From: Eledone cirrhosa
Lineage: Eukaryota
Direction: 5' to 3'
DNA length: 64,000 nt
Assembly (NCBI GenBank): GCA_964016885.1
Contig: OZ024762.1
Span: 16,678,001 to 16,742,000, forward strand
The position numbers were made by a program, and so were the translations under genes. Positions 11,795-24,264 of the stretch are shown here, piece after piece; the first letter of the stretch is position 1; every line of letters starts with the position of its first letter. Below the pieces are notes generated by a model. That model searched no databases. It worked only from the letters and a program-made list of their open reading frames with translations, and was not told the DNA's origin.

Positions 11795-12454
11795 ATATTT
11801 CATCATATTCCTGTTATTTTTATCTAAAGACATTTTTTTCCAATTCCAACCTACCCGTCCCCTCAATCTATCTTATTTCTCATTCTTTCTTCTGATGAAG
11901 GACTAGCGGCTGAAACCCTCTACCTGCTATATCAAGTGTTAACCTAATATATACTGTACTGATTGTGTTGTTATTTCTGTTTACCATTTACATATATATA
12001 TATATATACATATATATATAATGATATACATATATATACATATACATATAAAAGCTATTTTAGGTTTAATCAATACATATAAGATGTATATTGGTAATGT
12101 TTCTCAGTACAAAGCTCAATAAACTTCAGTTCAGACCATCTATAACCTGGATATATACCTGGATATATCAATTAAGAAACTAACTAGTATTTAGTATATA
12201 TATGTAAAAGGTAAACAGAAATAACAACAATAACAAAACAAATGGCAGAGTACATGGAAGAAATATATTAGTTTAATGCTTGAAATAGCAGGAAGAGAGT
12301 CTTAACGTTTCGGACACTAGTCCTTTAGAGTTAGAAGATAAATAGAAAGTAAATAGTGATGAGAGGAAGGAACGGGGAAAATGAGAAAAAAACACGTGCA
12401 CATTCAGTCAGCCATTTTGTATTCAGAATGTATGTGTATAAGAGGAATAAGTTG

Positions 12455-12645
12455 TGGTGTGCAGGAGAGAAGACTGTGATGGTATGGACATGTGATGCGC
12501 ATGGAGGACGACCGCTGGGTAAAGAAGTGCCAAGAAATCCCAGTAGAAGGAAGACGCAGTAGAGGTAGACCACGAAAAACATGGGTGGAGGTGGTGAGAG
12601 CTGACCTCAGATCGCTGAAGCTCATGGTGGAGATGAAGGCGGCCT
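12455..12645 (+). mobile_element. 3' fragment of the RTE LINE family seen at 4941-7752
   Basis: Near-identical to 7480-7645 (MRMEDDRWVKKC..GRPRKTW). Confidence 0.88.
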
Positions 12646-12703
12646 TAATGGCAACAGAACATTTCCACATCTAATCTTTAATTGGAGTTTATTTCCCTTT
12701 CAG

Positions 12704-12883
12704 GTGAGAGGCCATTTAAATGTCCGTTTGTGGGTTGTGAAAGATCTTTTACCACATCCAATATACGTAAAGTTCACATCCGAACTCACACAGGCGAGCG
12801 GCCTTACACCTGCCAAGAAGATGGTTGTGGCCGAGCTTTTGCATCAGCAACTAACTATAAAAACCACGTTCGGATACATACAG
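12704..12883 (+). CDS. ZNF143: ZNF143-like exon, fingers 4-5 ([14 protein letters not shown]; [14 protein letters not shown])
   Basis: tttcAG/GTGAGT, 180 nt, phase 1-1; diagnostic ZNF143/ZNF76 sequences. Confidence 0.96.
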
Positions 12884-13152
12884 GTGAGTACTTCACCTTC
12901 ACATGTGTTGACAGTGTTCTCCTACATCCCATATATTGACTGTCCTTCACCTATGTTGACAGTGTCTCACATATGTTGAGTGTCCTTCACCTTCACATAT
13001 GTTGACAGTGTCCTTCACCTTCCTATATGTTGACAGTGTCCTTCAAAGAACCAGTCAAGTACTGGGGTTGATATAATCCACTTTACCCCCAAATTACTGA
13101 CCTTGTGACGAAATCAGAAAGAATTATTTTGTATTTTCTGTTTATTTCTCAG

Positions 13153-13386
13153 GAGAGAAACCCTATGTGTGTACTGTGCAAGATTGTGGTAAACGTTTCA
13201 CAGAATACTCCAGCTTATACAAACACCATGTGGTCCACACTCATTCCAAGCCTTACGTGTGTAACCACTGTGGTAAGACATACCGGCAAACATCTACACT
13301 GGCCATGCACAAACGAACTGCCCATGGAGAGGAAGTAACTGCTGAAAGTGAAGCTGCTCAACTTTTGAGTGGTGAGCAACCCCCTG
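13153..13386 (+). CDS. ZNF143: ZNF143-like exon, fingers 6-7 ([31 protein letters not shown])
   Basis: tttctcAG acceptor, GTAAGT donor at 13387 (an in-phase alternative GTGAGC at 13372 exists), phase 1-1. Confidence 0.95.
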
Positions 13387-13555
13387 GTAAGTTAACTCTT
13401 TCAAAACCCATGGAAAATATTTTGAAAGTGCGGGAATCCCAAATGAAGAAATTAACTGTAACAATAGTCGATTGCTAGCTATATATAATAGCTTAGAAAA
13501 TCTGGTAAAAAACCCCTATAGACAAAAATAAGTGACCCTTATCTTTGAAATATTC

Positions 13556-14010
13556 AAGAAACTTCCTGAGAGATGCAACCTTGTAGGAGGCCAGCTAAAC
13601 CTACATAGGTGTGAGCTGTAAGAACATGTTAGCACTGAGGTTCCTTTCATTAAAACACCCAAGAAACTTCCTGAGAGATACAACCTTGTAGGAGGTCAGC
13701 TAAACCTACATAGGTGTGAGCTGTAACAACATGTTAGCACTGAGGTTCTTGTCATTAAAACACCCAAGAAACTTCCTGAGAGATACAACCTTGTAGGAGG
13801 CCAGCTAAACCTACATAGGTGTGAGCTGTAACAACAACAGCATGATAAGACTGAGGCCCCTATCATTAAAACACCCGAGAACCCTCTCATATGATACAAC
13901 CGCATAGAAAGCTGGCAAAAGCTGCAACATGATAGAACTGGGCACCCTGTCATTGAAGCACCCAAGAAACCTCCCATGAGATTCAACATTATAAAAAGGT
14001 AGCTAAACAT
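13556..14010. repeat. 105-bp tandem repeat, ~4 copies decaying 3'-ward
   Basis: AAGAAACTTCCTGAGAGAT at 13556, 13661, 13766. Confidence 0.85.
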
Positions 14011-14721
14011 CCTAATGTGAGTTATAATACCAACAAATTATATGACCGTTGGATAACATCTGGCCTTGTTTTAACCCTTTACCATTTACATTACTCTATA
14101 TATATTATTGTATTTTCACAGTAAAGGCTTTACCTCACATAACATTTACATTACTCTATATTTACTATTGCATTTTCATGGTAAAGGCTTTACCTCACAT
14201 AACATTACATACTCTATATATACTATTGTATTTTCACAATAAAGTCTTTACCTCACATAACATTTACATTACTCTATATATACTATTGTATTTTAACAGT
14301 AAAGACTGTACCTCACATAATATCGAATCTGCAAGATTTTGATGTTGTTTATTTTGAGAACAATACCTTAACATCAGTATGAGTGGCCAGTTACAGCTGG
14401 TTTGAACAGAAAGAGGTGAGAGAATTCTGACTGGATATGGCTGGTTTAACCTTTTAGCATTTAAACCAGCCATAATTCTCTCTCACCTCTTTTCTGTTCA
14501 AAATGGCTGTAACTGGTCACTCATACTGATGTTAAGGTATTGTTCTCAAAATAAATAACATCCAAATCTCATAGATTCAATATTATGTAAGATAAGGCCT
14601 TTACCACAAAAATACAATAGTATATATAGACTAATGTAAATGGTAAAGGGTTAAAATTAAAGCCATATTTTTCTTCATAACTAAAGTTTTTCATTGAGTT
14701 GTTTTTGTTTAATTTCTGTAG

Positions 14722-14876
14722 ATCTGGATGATGGAGTAGGCATTGACAAGAAACCTCGTTTACACTACAGCTTAAGTGCTGCTGCAGATGGAAGCGGTTT
14801 AGCAGAAGACAGTGAGGGTACATTAGTTATAAATACTTCAGAAGGACAAGTCTGTTACACATCTGAAGGCCAACAG
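14722..14876 (+). CDS. ZNF143: ZNF143-like post-finger exon (DLDDGVGIDKKPRLHY..SEGQQ)
   Basis: tttctgtAG acceptor, CAG|GTAATA donor, phase 1-0 fits both neighbours. Confidence 0.85.
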
Positions 14877-14966
14877 GTAATATTAACCCTACCTTTCTTC
14901 ACCAAATGCATAGTTATGGTCCAAGAGAAAATGTTGGTGGTCCGCAGAAAATTTTGGACATTATTT

Positions 14967-16960
14967 AGAGTAGACCCTATAGAGAGGCCAGCAGTACAAG
15001 TCAGCAGCAGCATAGTAAGTAAGGCAATCAAAGATATGAAGATGGGGAAGGCAACTGGTCCATCGGGTATAGCTGCCGAGATGCTGAAGGCATCTGGGTC
15101 TGTAGGTCATGCTATAACCACACGTATTGTTAACCAGGTAATACTAGAAAGTGTCATACCAAAAGATTGGTGCAGTAGCATCATTGTCAACTGCTACAAA
15201 GGTAAAGGTGATGCACTCGATAGAGGAAACTATAGAGGTATAAAGCTGATGGACCAGGTCATGAAAGTAACAGAAACAGTTATAGCACAGTTGATTAGGG
15301 ACCGAGTGAAACTAGATGAGATGCAATTTGGGTTTGTACCAGGAAGAGGCACCAGTGATGCCCTCTTCCTTGTGAGGCAGTTACAGGAAAAGTACCTAGC
15401 TAAAAGTAAGCCACTCTACCTGGCATTCGTCGATCTCGAGAAAGCCTTTGACAGAGTTCCACGTGCTGTAATCTGGTGGGCTCTTAGAAAACTAGGAGTA
15501 GATGAATGGCTTGTGAAAGCTGTACAAGCCATGTATAGGGGAGCAGTCAGCAAAGTTAGGATTAGCAATGAGTATAGCGAGGAATTTAGCGTACAGGTTT
15601 GGGTCCACCAGGGCTCTGTTCTTAGCCCTCTCCTGTTCATCATAGTCCTGCAGGCAATAACGGAGGAGTTTAAGACTGGATGCCCATGGGAACTCCTGTA
15701 TGCTGATGACCTCGCACTTATAGCTGAATCTATGGTAGAACTAGAGAAGAAATTCCAAACTTGGAAGCAGGGACTAGAAAGAAAGGGTCTCAAAGACTAA
15801 GGTCCTTGTAAGTAGACGAGAAAACAGAACCCAGATCCCCTCAGGGAAATGGCCTTGCTCAGTATGTAGGAAAGGTGTAGGTAGGAACCCCATTCTCTGC
15901 CCCAAATGCAAACAATGGGTACACAAGAGATGTAGCGGGATCTCAGGAAACCTAATTAAGAATGTAGGCTTCACATGCAGCAGCTGTACTGGGACAGCAA
16001 GCAGCAAACAGCCACAGGAAACAAGTACCACCAATCTCTGGGAGGGCTCTGTAGAGACAGTAGACAGCTTCTGCTACCTAGGTGACCGAATTAGCAGCAG
16101 AGGTGGGTGTTCAGAAAGTACAATAACTAGGGTAAGAATGGGATGGAAGAAGTTCAGGGAACTACTACCACTGCTAGCTGCAAAAGGCTTCTCCCTCAAA
16201 TGAAAGGCAGACTGTATGATGCGTGTATCCGAACAGCAATGTTACATGGTAGTGAGACCTGGGCGCTGAAGGTGGGAGACTTACGTAGATTAGAGAGAAA
16301 CGAAGCCTGCATGCTCCGATGGATGTGTAATAGTAATATACGCGAACGACAAAGCATAAATGAATTGAGAGAGAGACTGAGCATAAGAGGAATCAAATGC
16401 TGTGTGCAGGAGAGGCGGTTGCGTTGGTATGGACATGTGATGCGTATGAAGGATGACAGCTGCATAAAAAGGTGCAGAGCACTAGAAGTCGATGGAAACC
16501 GCGGAGTGGGGAGACCCAAGATGAACTGGGATGAGGTAATAAAAGCCGACCGTACCCAATTACACCTCTCAAAGGCGATGACACACGACCGTGACCTCTG
16601 GCGTCACGCAGTAATACAGAGTACCCGACCTCCCATGGGTACAAGCTGAAGCATATAGACAATATGCCCCCACACCCCCCACCGCAAGGTGGTCGTGGGG
16701 GTGCCACGGCAAAAAAGCACCCAGCCCACACTGTAAAGTGGACGTGTAGGCGCCACGAAAAAGCACCCAGCACTCACTGTAAATGAGGTTGGTGTTAGGA
16801 AGGGCATCCAGCTGTAGAAATCAAACCAAATCAGTTCCTGTATGAGCAAGGCATGGTCAGCCGACCAGACACTGCCCACAACAGGACAACCCGTCTAACC
16901 CATGCTAGCGTGGAAGAACGGACGTAAAACGGTGATGATGATGATGATGATGATGATGAT
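14967..16960 (+). mobile_element. Second 5'-truncated RTE-clade LINE (RT, PHD-like finger, 3' region and (GAT)n tail)
   Basis: KATGPSGI, NYRGIKL, AFVDLEKAFDRVPR, QGSVLSPLLF, YADD, LHGSETW; frameshifts near 15790 and 16190; 3'-only copy at ~31955-32260 (-). Confidence 0.95.
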
Positions 16961-17636
16961 TTCCACTTTTTATGTTTCATTAATAATGAAACAAAAATAA
17001 TATTCGGTTAAAATATATTCTATAAATCCCCTAAAAAATGTTTCTCTTCAGTAAAGAACTAACATCCGTGAAAGAATTTTACACATATATATCATCTATC
17101 GACAATATGACACAGGTACAGTTCAGTATTGTTTAATAAAATGGAAGTTCTCTGATCATTATTTTACAAATGTATTTATCTTTTAAAAAAAATTCATGTT
17201 AGCGGCCGGTGGGATTTAAAATTATAAATTTAGTGGTCCATGAGGTCCAAGAGGTTGGCGACCACTGTCTTAGACTACTTAAGACAGGTTTTACACTAAA
17301 GGAATATTTCAGTTATCATCATAACACATTGTTCTTCACACGAGTTAGTAAGGGATGTGTTCAGACCCTAGGAAGAGGGGCCTATTCTAAAAATATATTG
17401 CAGTCTCCATCCAACGCTGCAAGAACTGCTGATGGACATGTGACCTGTCCTGGGAAATTTAAAATCTTCCAATATAATTTTATATAAGAACCTTATATTA
17501 GTAATGAAATAATTAATAGTTTTATTAAATCCCTTGAAATTCTTCATTAATTAATTGAAATAGTGTGTATTTTATTAGGTGGTCATAAAAGGGTTAAAAA
17601 TGGAGTTTTGTATTTTTGTCTTTTTTAATTAATTAG

Positions 17637-17828
17637 ATAACAATGATGGCTGGTAATGAACGTGTAAGTGTTGTAACAGAAGACAGTACAATGGTAGCAC
17701 TACAGGCAATTCCACATCAAACTCAAGCAGCTCTTCAACAACATGGAATGGCTCGTATTAGTATTGGAGGTGACCCTAACCAACAAGTCTTTGTTGTAGC
17801 AGATCCATCACAGTTTCATGCATTTCAA
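17637..17828 (+). CDS. ZNF143: ZNF143-like C-terminal region exon (ITMMAGNERVSVVTEDST..FHAFQ)
   Basis: T-rich acceptor ttAG, GTAAGT donor, 192 nt open, phase 0-0; V-x-x-V-T-E-D resembles the ZNF143 C-terminal repeats. Confidence 0.85.
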
Positions 17829-18094
17829 GTAAGTTGATAATTTCGTAATATTATTAACACTTTAGCCTTTACATTACTCTATATATACTATTGTATTTTT
17901 GTGGTAAAGGCTTTATCTTACACAACTATCTCACATAATATTGAATCTATGAGATTTTGACGTTATTTATTTTGAGAACAATACCTTAACATCAATATGA
18001 ACAGCTGGTTATGGCTGGTTTGAACATAAAAAGGTGAGAGAATTCTGGCCGGATACGACCAGTTTGAATGCTATAAGGATTAAACCAGCCAGAA

Positions 18095-18650
18095 TTCTCT
18101 CACCTCTTCCTACCAGAAGCAACCATCTCCAAATGATTTGGCTGGATCCTCAAGTGAGACCAGCCAAGCTCATGAATGTTATCCATCTTGCTCAGGATGT
18201 GTCTACCCCTGGGTTTCCTGCCAGTTGGTTTGGCCTGTAAAAATCTGTCCAATGATTCTTTCCTGAGACATTCTAACCACATGTCCATAGTATCGGAGCT
18301 GTCATCTCTCAATTCAGAGAAGTAGCAGCTCTACCTGGAGTGACTATCTGAGCTACAAATCTGTCCAGTGATTCTTTCCTGAGACATTCTAACCACATGT
18401 CCATAGTATCAGAGCTGTGATCTCTCAATTCAGAGAAGTAGCAGCTCTACCTGGAGTGACTATCTGAGCTACAAATCTGTCCAGTGATTCTTTCCTGAGA
18501 CATTCTAACCACATGTCCATAGTATCAGAGCTGTGATCTCTCAATTCGGAGAAGTAGCAGCTCTACCTGGAGTGACTCTCTGATCTCCGAGCTACACACT
18601 CTATCAAATAACGTTATTCCAAGGACTCTTCAGAGGAATCCCACAAATTG
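18095..18650 (-). mobile_element. Decayed LINE 3' fragment with a 116-bp internal tandem triplication
   Basis: KPTGRKPRGR motif on the minus strand; AAATCTGTCC at 18241, 18357, 18473. Confidence 0.65.
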
Positions 18651-19374
18651 CTATACTCTTGTGTCTAAATTAGAAATTGTTATTATTATTAATTGACTTT
18701 CCCCTTCCTCACAAGTTGTTGGCCTTGTGCCTAAATTAGAAACCATTATTATTAAGGTGGTGGATTGGCAGAATCAGTAGAGCATCAGACACTGTGCTTT
18801 GCGGTATACAGTTACGTCCCTTTACATTCTGAGTTCAACTTTGCCCTTCATCCTTACGGGGTCAATAAAATAAAGTACCAATAACGCACTTGGGTCGATT
18901 TAATTGACTTCCCCTTCCCCCAGATCTCTCGCCTTGTGCCTATAGTAGAAATGATTATTATTATTATTATTTTGTTCGGCTCGTATGGCCAATAATAAAG
19001 AAATCATCATCATCATCATCGTTTAACGTCTATCTTCCACGCTAGCATGGGTTAGACGGGAGTTGTCCCACTTGAGGCAAGGTTGGTCGGGTGACTGTAT
19101 CTCGCTCATACAGGACTATCTGGCAGGGTTTTCTACGGCTGGATGCCCTTCCTAACACCAACCACACTTACAGTGTGGAACTGGGAACTTTTTACCGTGT
19201 TACCTACACGACCACATTACAGCGTGGACTGCGTGTTTTTTTTGTCGTGACACCTACATGACCCCTCATTAGTTTGGACTGGATGTTGTGGTACCAACTT
19301 TACAGAGAGAGGGTGGTGTTGGTGGGAGTGGGAGGATGGAGTAGGGGTAGTGGGTTGGGGTGTATAATTACTAT

Positions 19375-19955
19375 TATTGTCGCGTGTAGAATGGATCCGG
19401 CTATCGGCCGAGGCCATAGTGAAGATCGGCCCGCCGCCTTCTTTTGGCCAGGAAGGGCAGGCAATTTTCCTCTGTCTGGTGGCAGTAGCGAAAGAGGTTG
19501 TATGGTGGACGAGGTTGAAAGGACTGAAGACAGACACTTTTCTCTTCGGCCAATCCCTCATCTACTTTTTCAAGTTTCACTTGTAAAGGAAGGTGAGGTT
19601 GGAGATAGAAGTGCTGCCTCCTCACCCCAGTACATTTGCTGAAAGGTGGGTGAATGTGGCGAGAATGGCCCGTGTGAGTGGGCCTACTCTAATCATGCGC
19701 CTATAGGCTGGTGAATTTGAGGAGGAGAGGGGGTGCTCTTCCTGGGTGCTCTCGAAGCGTCGGGTCGTTCAGGATTAGTGGGGTACCTGAGTCAATCCTG
19801 GGTGGTCCCCCCCCCCCATTGGGGAATTTTCCTTGTATTTTTATTGTTATTTATATTGTTTACACGTTGTATATGTAAACCCACCACTGTCCCTGTCTTT
19901 TGTATTGTCCCCTATATGTCCTTGTGGCCAATAAATGAAACTATTATTATTATTA
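19375..19955 (+). mobile_element. Possible L1/Tx1-like LINE 3' fragment
   Basis: AVAKEVVWWTR..F..RW C-terminal-like peptide; 3' end CCTTGTGGCCAATAAA plus (TTA)n repeated at ~20290. Confidence 0.45.
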
Positions 19956-20864
19956 TTGTTGTTGTTGTTTGGGCGGTGGATTGGCAGTATCAGTAGAGTG
20001 TCAGACGCCATGCTTTGACGCATAGAGTTACGGCCCTTTCCATTCTGAGTTCAAATCCCGCCGAGGTCAACTTTGCCTTTCATCCTTACGGGGGTCGATA
20101 AAATAAAGTACCAGTAATGTACTGGGTTATTGCTGGCCTTGTGCCAAAAGCAGAAACAATTATTATTGTTGTTGTTTGAATTTTTTTGATTTGTTTTTAC
20201 ACATTTCTGTCTTGTTATAACCTCTTTTACACGGCCAAAACCCACTTTGTATCGTTCTGTGTCGTCTGTAATGTTTTTCTTCATGTCAGCCCTTGTGGCC
20301 AATAAAGAAATCATTATTATTATTATTATATAATGAAATCATTATTATCATTATTATTATTATTATTATATAAAGAAATCATTATTATTATTATTATTAT
20401 ATAATGAAATCATTATTATCATTATTATTATTATATAAGTGTTTCTACATTTGGCACAAGGCCAGCAATTACTCCAGTGTATTACTGGTACTTTATTTTA
20501 TCGACCCCGTAAGGATGAAAGGCAAAGTTAACCTCGGCGGGATTTGAACTCAGTCCGTAAAGGGACGTAACTGTGCTGCAAAGCATGGCGTCCGACCCTC
20601 TACCGATACTGCCAATCCACCGCCTTATTATTATTATTATATAATGGTCGGGGAGTTGGCAGTATCGGTAGAGAGTCGGACGCCATGCTTTCTGGCATAG
20701 TTACGTCCCTTTACAGTCTGAGTTCAAATCCCGCCGAGGTTAACTTTGCCTGTCATCCTTACGGGGTCGATAAAATAAAGTACCAGTAATGTACTGGGTA
20801 ATTGCTGGCCTTGTGCCTAAAGTAGAAACAATTATTATTATTATTATTATTATTATTATTGTAG

Positions 20865-21035
20865 CAACTTGCTGAGCAGCAACAACACTTCGATGTCAGC
20901 GAAGGTTTAGAAGCTGTTTCAAACTCGACAGATGTCACCAATAACTCGACAACAACTGTAGCCTCGAACAACTGTATTGTACCTAATGCCACCAACTCAG
21001 ACACGACAGCCATATTGACGTTTCACACGGAGTGA
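20865..21035 (+). CDS. ZNF143: Probable last coding exon of ZNF143-like gene (QLAEQQQHFDV..ILTFHTE*)
   Basis: GTAG acceptor, phase 0, 56 codons plus TGA, followed by UTR-like sequence. Confidence 0.75.
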   Translation, partial: QLAEQQQHFDVSEGLEAVSNSTDVTNNSTTTVASNNCIVPNATNSDTTAILTFHTE

Positions 21036-22744
21036 AGCACTGGACCGAAGAAGAAGAAGACGACGACGAAGACGAAGAATGAAAGAAAAGAAAAATGTTT
21101 AAAAATCCCAAGTCACATGACCTCTCTACCTCCCCTCTCCTCTATTTCGTGCAACACACACACACACACACGCATTGTCTTACTGTTTAAAAAGGGAAGA
21201 TAATGAAGGGGTTGGGGGAGAGTCTAGTGAAGGAACTTCTAACAACAACAACAATGTACACATCTGTTGAACTGCTTCTTTATAATTCTTTAACCCTTTA
21301 GCATTTAAACTGGCCATATCCAGCCAGATTTCTCCCACCTATTTCTGTCCAAACTGGCTGTAACTGGCCACTCATACTGATGTTAAGGTATTGTTCTCAA
21401 AATAAATACTATCAAAATCTCAGATTCGATATTATGTGAGGTAAAGCCTTTACCATGAAAATACAATAGTATATATAGAGTAATGTAAATGTCATGTGCG
21501 ATATTATGTGAGGTAAAGCCTTTACAGTGAAAATACAATAGTATATATAGAGTAATGTAAATGTTATGTGAGGTAAAGCCTTTACTGTGAAAATACAATA
21601 GTATATATAGAGTAATGTAAATGTCATGTGCGATATTATGTGAGGTAAAGCCTTTACAGTGAAAATACAATAGTATATATAGAGTAAAGTAAATGTCATG
21701 TGCGATATTATGTGAGGTAAAGCCTTTACAGTGAAAATACAATAGTATATATAGAGTAATGTAAATGTTATGAGGTAAAGCCTTTACTGTGAAAATACAA
21801 TAGTATATATAGAGTAATGTAAATGTTATGTGAGATGTTATGTGAGGTAAAGCCTTTACTGTGAAAATACAATAGTATATATAGAGTAATGTAAATGTTA
21901 TGTGAGGTAAAGCCTTTACTGTGAAAATACAATAGTATATATAGAGTAATGTAAATGTCATGTGCGATATTATGTGAGGTAAAGCCTTTACAGTGAAAAT
22001 ACAATAGTATATATAGAGTAATGTAAATGTTATGTGAGGTAAAGCCTTTACTGTGAAAATACAATAGTATATATAGAGTAATGTAAATGTCATGTGCGAT
22101 ATTATGTGAGGTAAAGCCTTTACAGTGAAAATACAATAGTATATATAGAGTAATGTAAATGTCATGTGCGATATTATGTGAGGTAAAGCCTTTACAGTGA
22201 AAATACAATAGTATATATAGAGTAATGTAAATGTTATGTGAGGTAAAGCCTTTACTGTGAAAATACAATAGTATATATAGAGTAATGTAAATGTTATGTG
22301 AGATATTATGTGAGGTAAAGCCTTTACTGTGAAAATACAATAGTATATATAGAGTAAAGTAAATACTAAAGGGTTAAAGTTTACCATCTTCTATATTTTG
22401 TGTGGTTTTTTTTTTTTTAAGAGACTCTTAACTTTTCTAAGGAAAGAAATTGCCAATCATTTTGAAAAGAATCAAGAATTTGGAAGGATTTAGTCAAAAT
22501 AACCAACTTTCTTTAAGTCAGTATTTGGGACATCAACTTAGCAAAGGTTCTGATAAAATTACGGTGGAAGGTTTTAAACACTTTAAAACAGTTTTGTATC
22601 TTAGAACCAGGAGTGATTTCAGGTGGTTTGGTATCAAAAAGGGTTTTGAATAAAAGCTTTTTAGATAAATATAAACATTCTTGAACAAACAGTTTTGTCT
22701 TGTAGAACCAGGAGCAGTTTCAAGCAAGGATTAAGCTGGCATTC

Positions 22745-23050
22745 GGAACATAACTTAACAAAGGTTCTTACATAAAATTATGACGGAAGGTTTTTAGATA
22801 AATATAAACACCCTAAAACTAACAGCTTTGTATCATAGAACCAGTGGTGTTTGGAACATAACTTAACAAAGGTTCTGACATATAAACACACTAAAACTAA
22901 CAGCTTTGTATCATAGAACCAGTGGTGTTTGGAACATAACTTAACAAAGGTTCTGACATATAAACACACTAAAACTAACAGCTTTGTATCATAGAACCAG
23001 TAGTGTTTGGAACATAACTTAACAAAGGTTCTGATATATCAACACCCTCA
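22745..23050. repeat. 78-bp tandem repeat, 3-4 copies
   Basis: GGAACATAACTTAACAAAGGTTCT at 22745, 22853, 22931, 23009. Confidence 0.85.
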
Positions 23051-24264
23051 AACTAACAGAAGGAACCAGGGCAGTAGAATCTTAGTCAATACAATTGGAA
23101 ATATTGATTAGATGACAAAGGAAACAACAAATTAAATCTAAATGTTGACATATTTAATGAGATGCTGTGTAGTTGAATAGATTCTAGAATGAACAATTCA
23201 GTGTACATGAATGGCAGCTGTTGGTGTTAAGGGGTTCGGATCTCTAGAGAGGGTCTGTTAGTCCAAAACATTTCTTGTGGGGAGAGTGTTAACTTAATCC
23301 TTTAGCATTTAAACTGGCCATATCTGGCCAGAATTCTCTCGCCTCTTTCTGTTCAAACCGGCCATAACTGGCTGCTCATACTAATGTTAAAGTATTGTTC
23401 TCAAAATAAATAATATCAAAATCTCATAGATATGATATTATGTGAGATAATTATGTAAGGTAAAGCCTTTACTGTGAAAATACAATAGTATATATAGAGT
23501 AATGTAAATGTTATGTGAGGTAAAGCCTTTACTGTGAAAATACAATAGAGTAATGTAAATGCTAAAGGGTTAAGGGGTTAGGATCTGTATGTTGTGGGGG
23601 TGGGGGTGGGGGGTGGTGGTGTTAACTTAACCCTTTAGCATTTAAACCGGCTGAATCCGGCCAGAATTCTCTCACCTCTTTCTCTTTAAACCAGCCACTC
23701 ATGCTGATGTTAAGGTATTGTTCTTAAAATAAATAATATCAAAATCTCATAGATTCAATATTATGTGAGATAAAACCTTTACTGTGAAAATGTAATAGTA
23801 AATACAGAGTAATGTGAATGTTAAAGGGTTAAGCATTTCTTGTAGAATGTATGTGAGTGGGGTTCTGTTACCCTAAACATTTCGTTGGTGTGGGTGGCTG
23901 AGACTCTTGACTGAAGCATATCTAGGAGGGTGTGTGGAGGAAGGGATGTTTTTGACGCAAGCATTTCTTGTGGTGTCTCCGAGTCTATTGACCGAAGCCT
24001 CCCTTGTTGCATGTTGGTGTATGTATATGTGGGAGGGTGTGTGTGTTAACCCAAGCATTACTTATGGGGGGGTGTCTTTTTTTCCCAACCAGGAGGGGGG
24101 GGCAGGGGCTTGTGGGTGTAAATTGTTAACCCAAATATTTCTTATAGGGTGTGGGAGGGGGTTCTATGTAAGCAGGATCTGTTGTTGAAATTACTGCCCA
24201 CCCCCAGCACATTTATTGCAGGGTGGGAGGTTTTGGTGGGGTAGAGGGAAGGAGTGTATGTAAC

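Noticed and set aside
10563-13386. MTF1 or generic KRAB/C2H2 identity for the zinc-finger gene
   Set aside because: Seven fingers with [40 protein letters not shown] and STLAMH are ZNF143/ZNF76 signatures
17270-17470. GC-richer intronic stretch as an antisense exon
   Set aside because: All frames after the candidate acceptor stop within ~30 codons, no donor, adjacent to a hAT-like end
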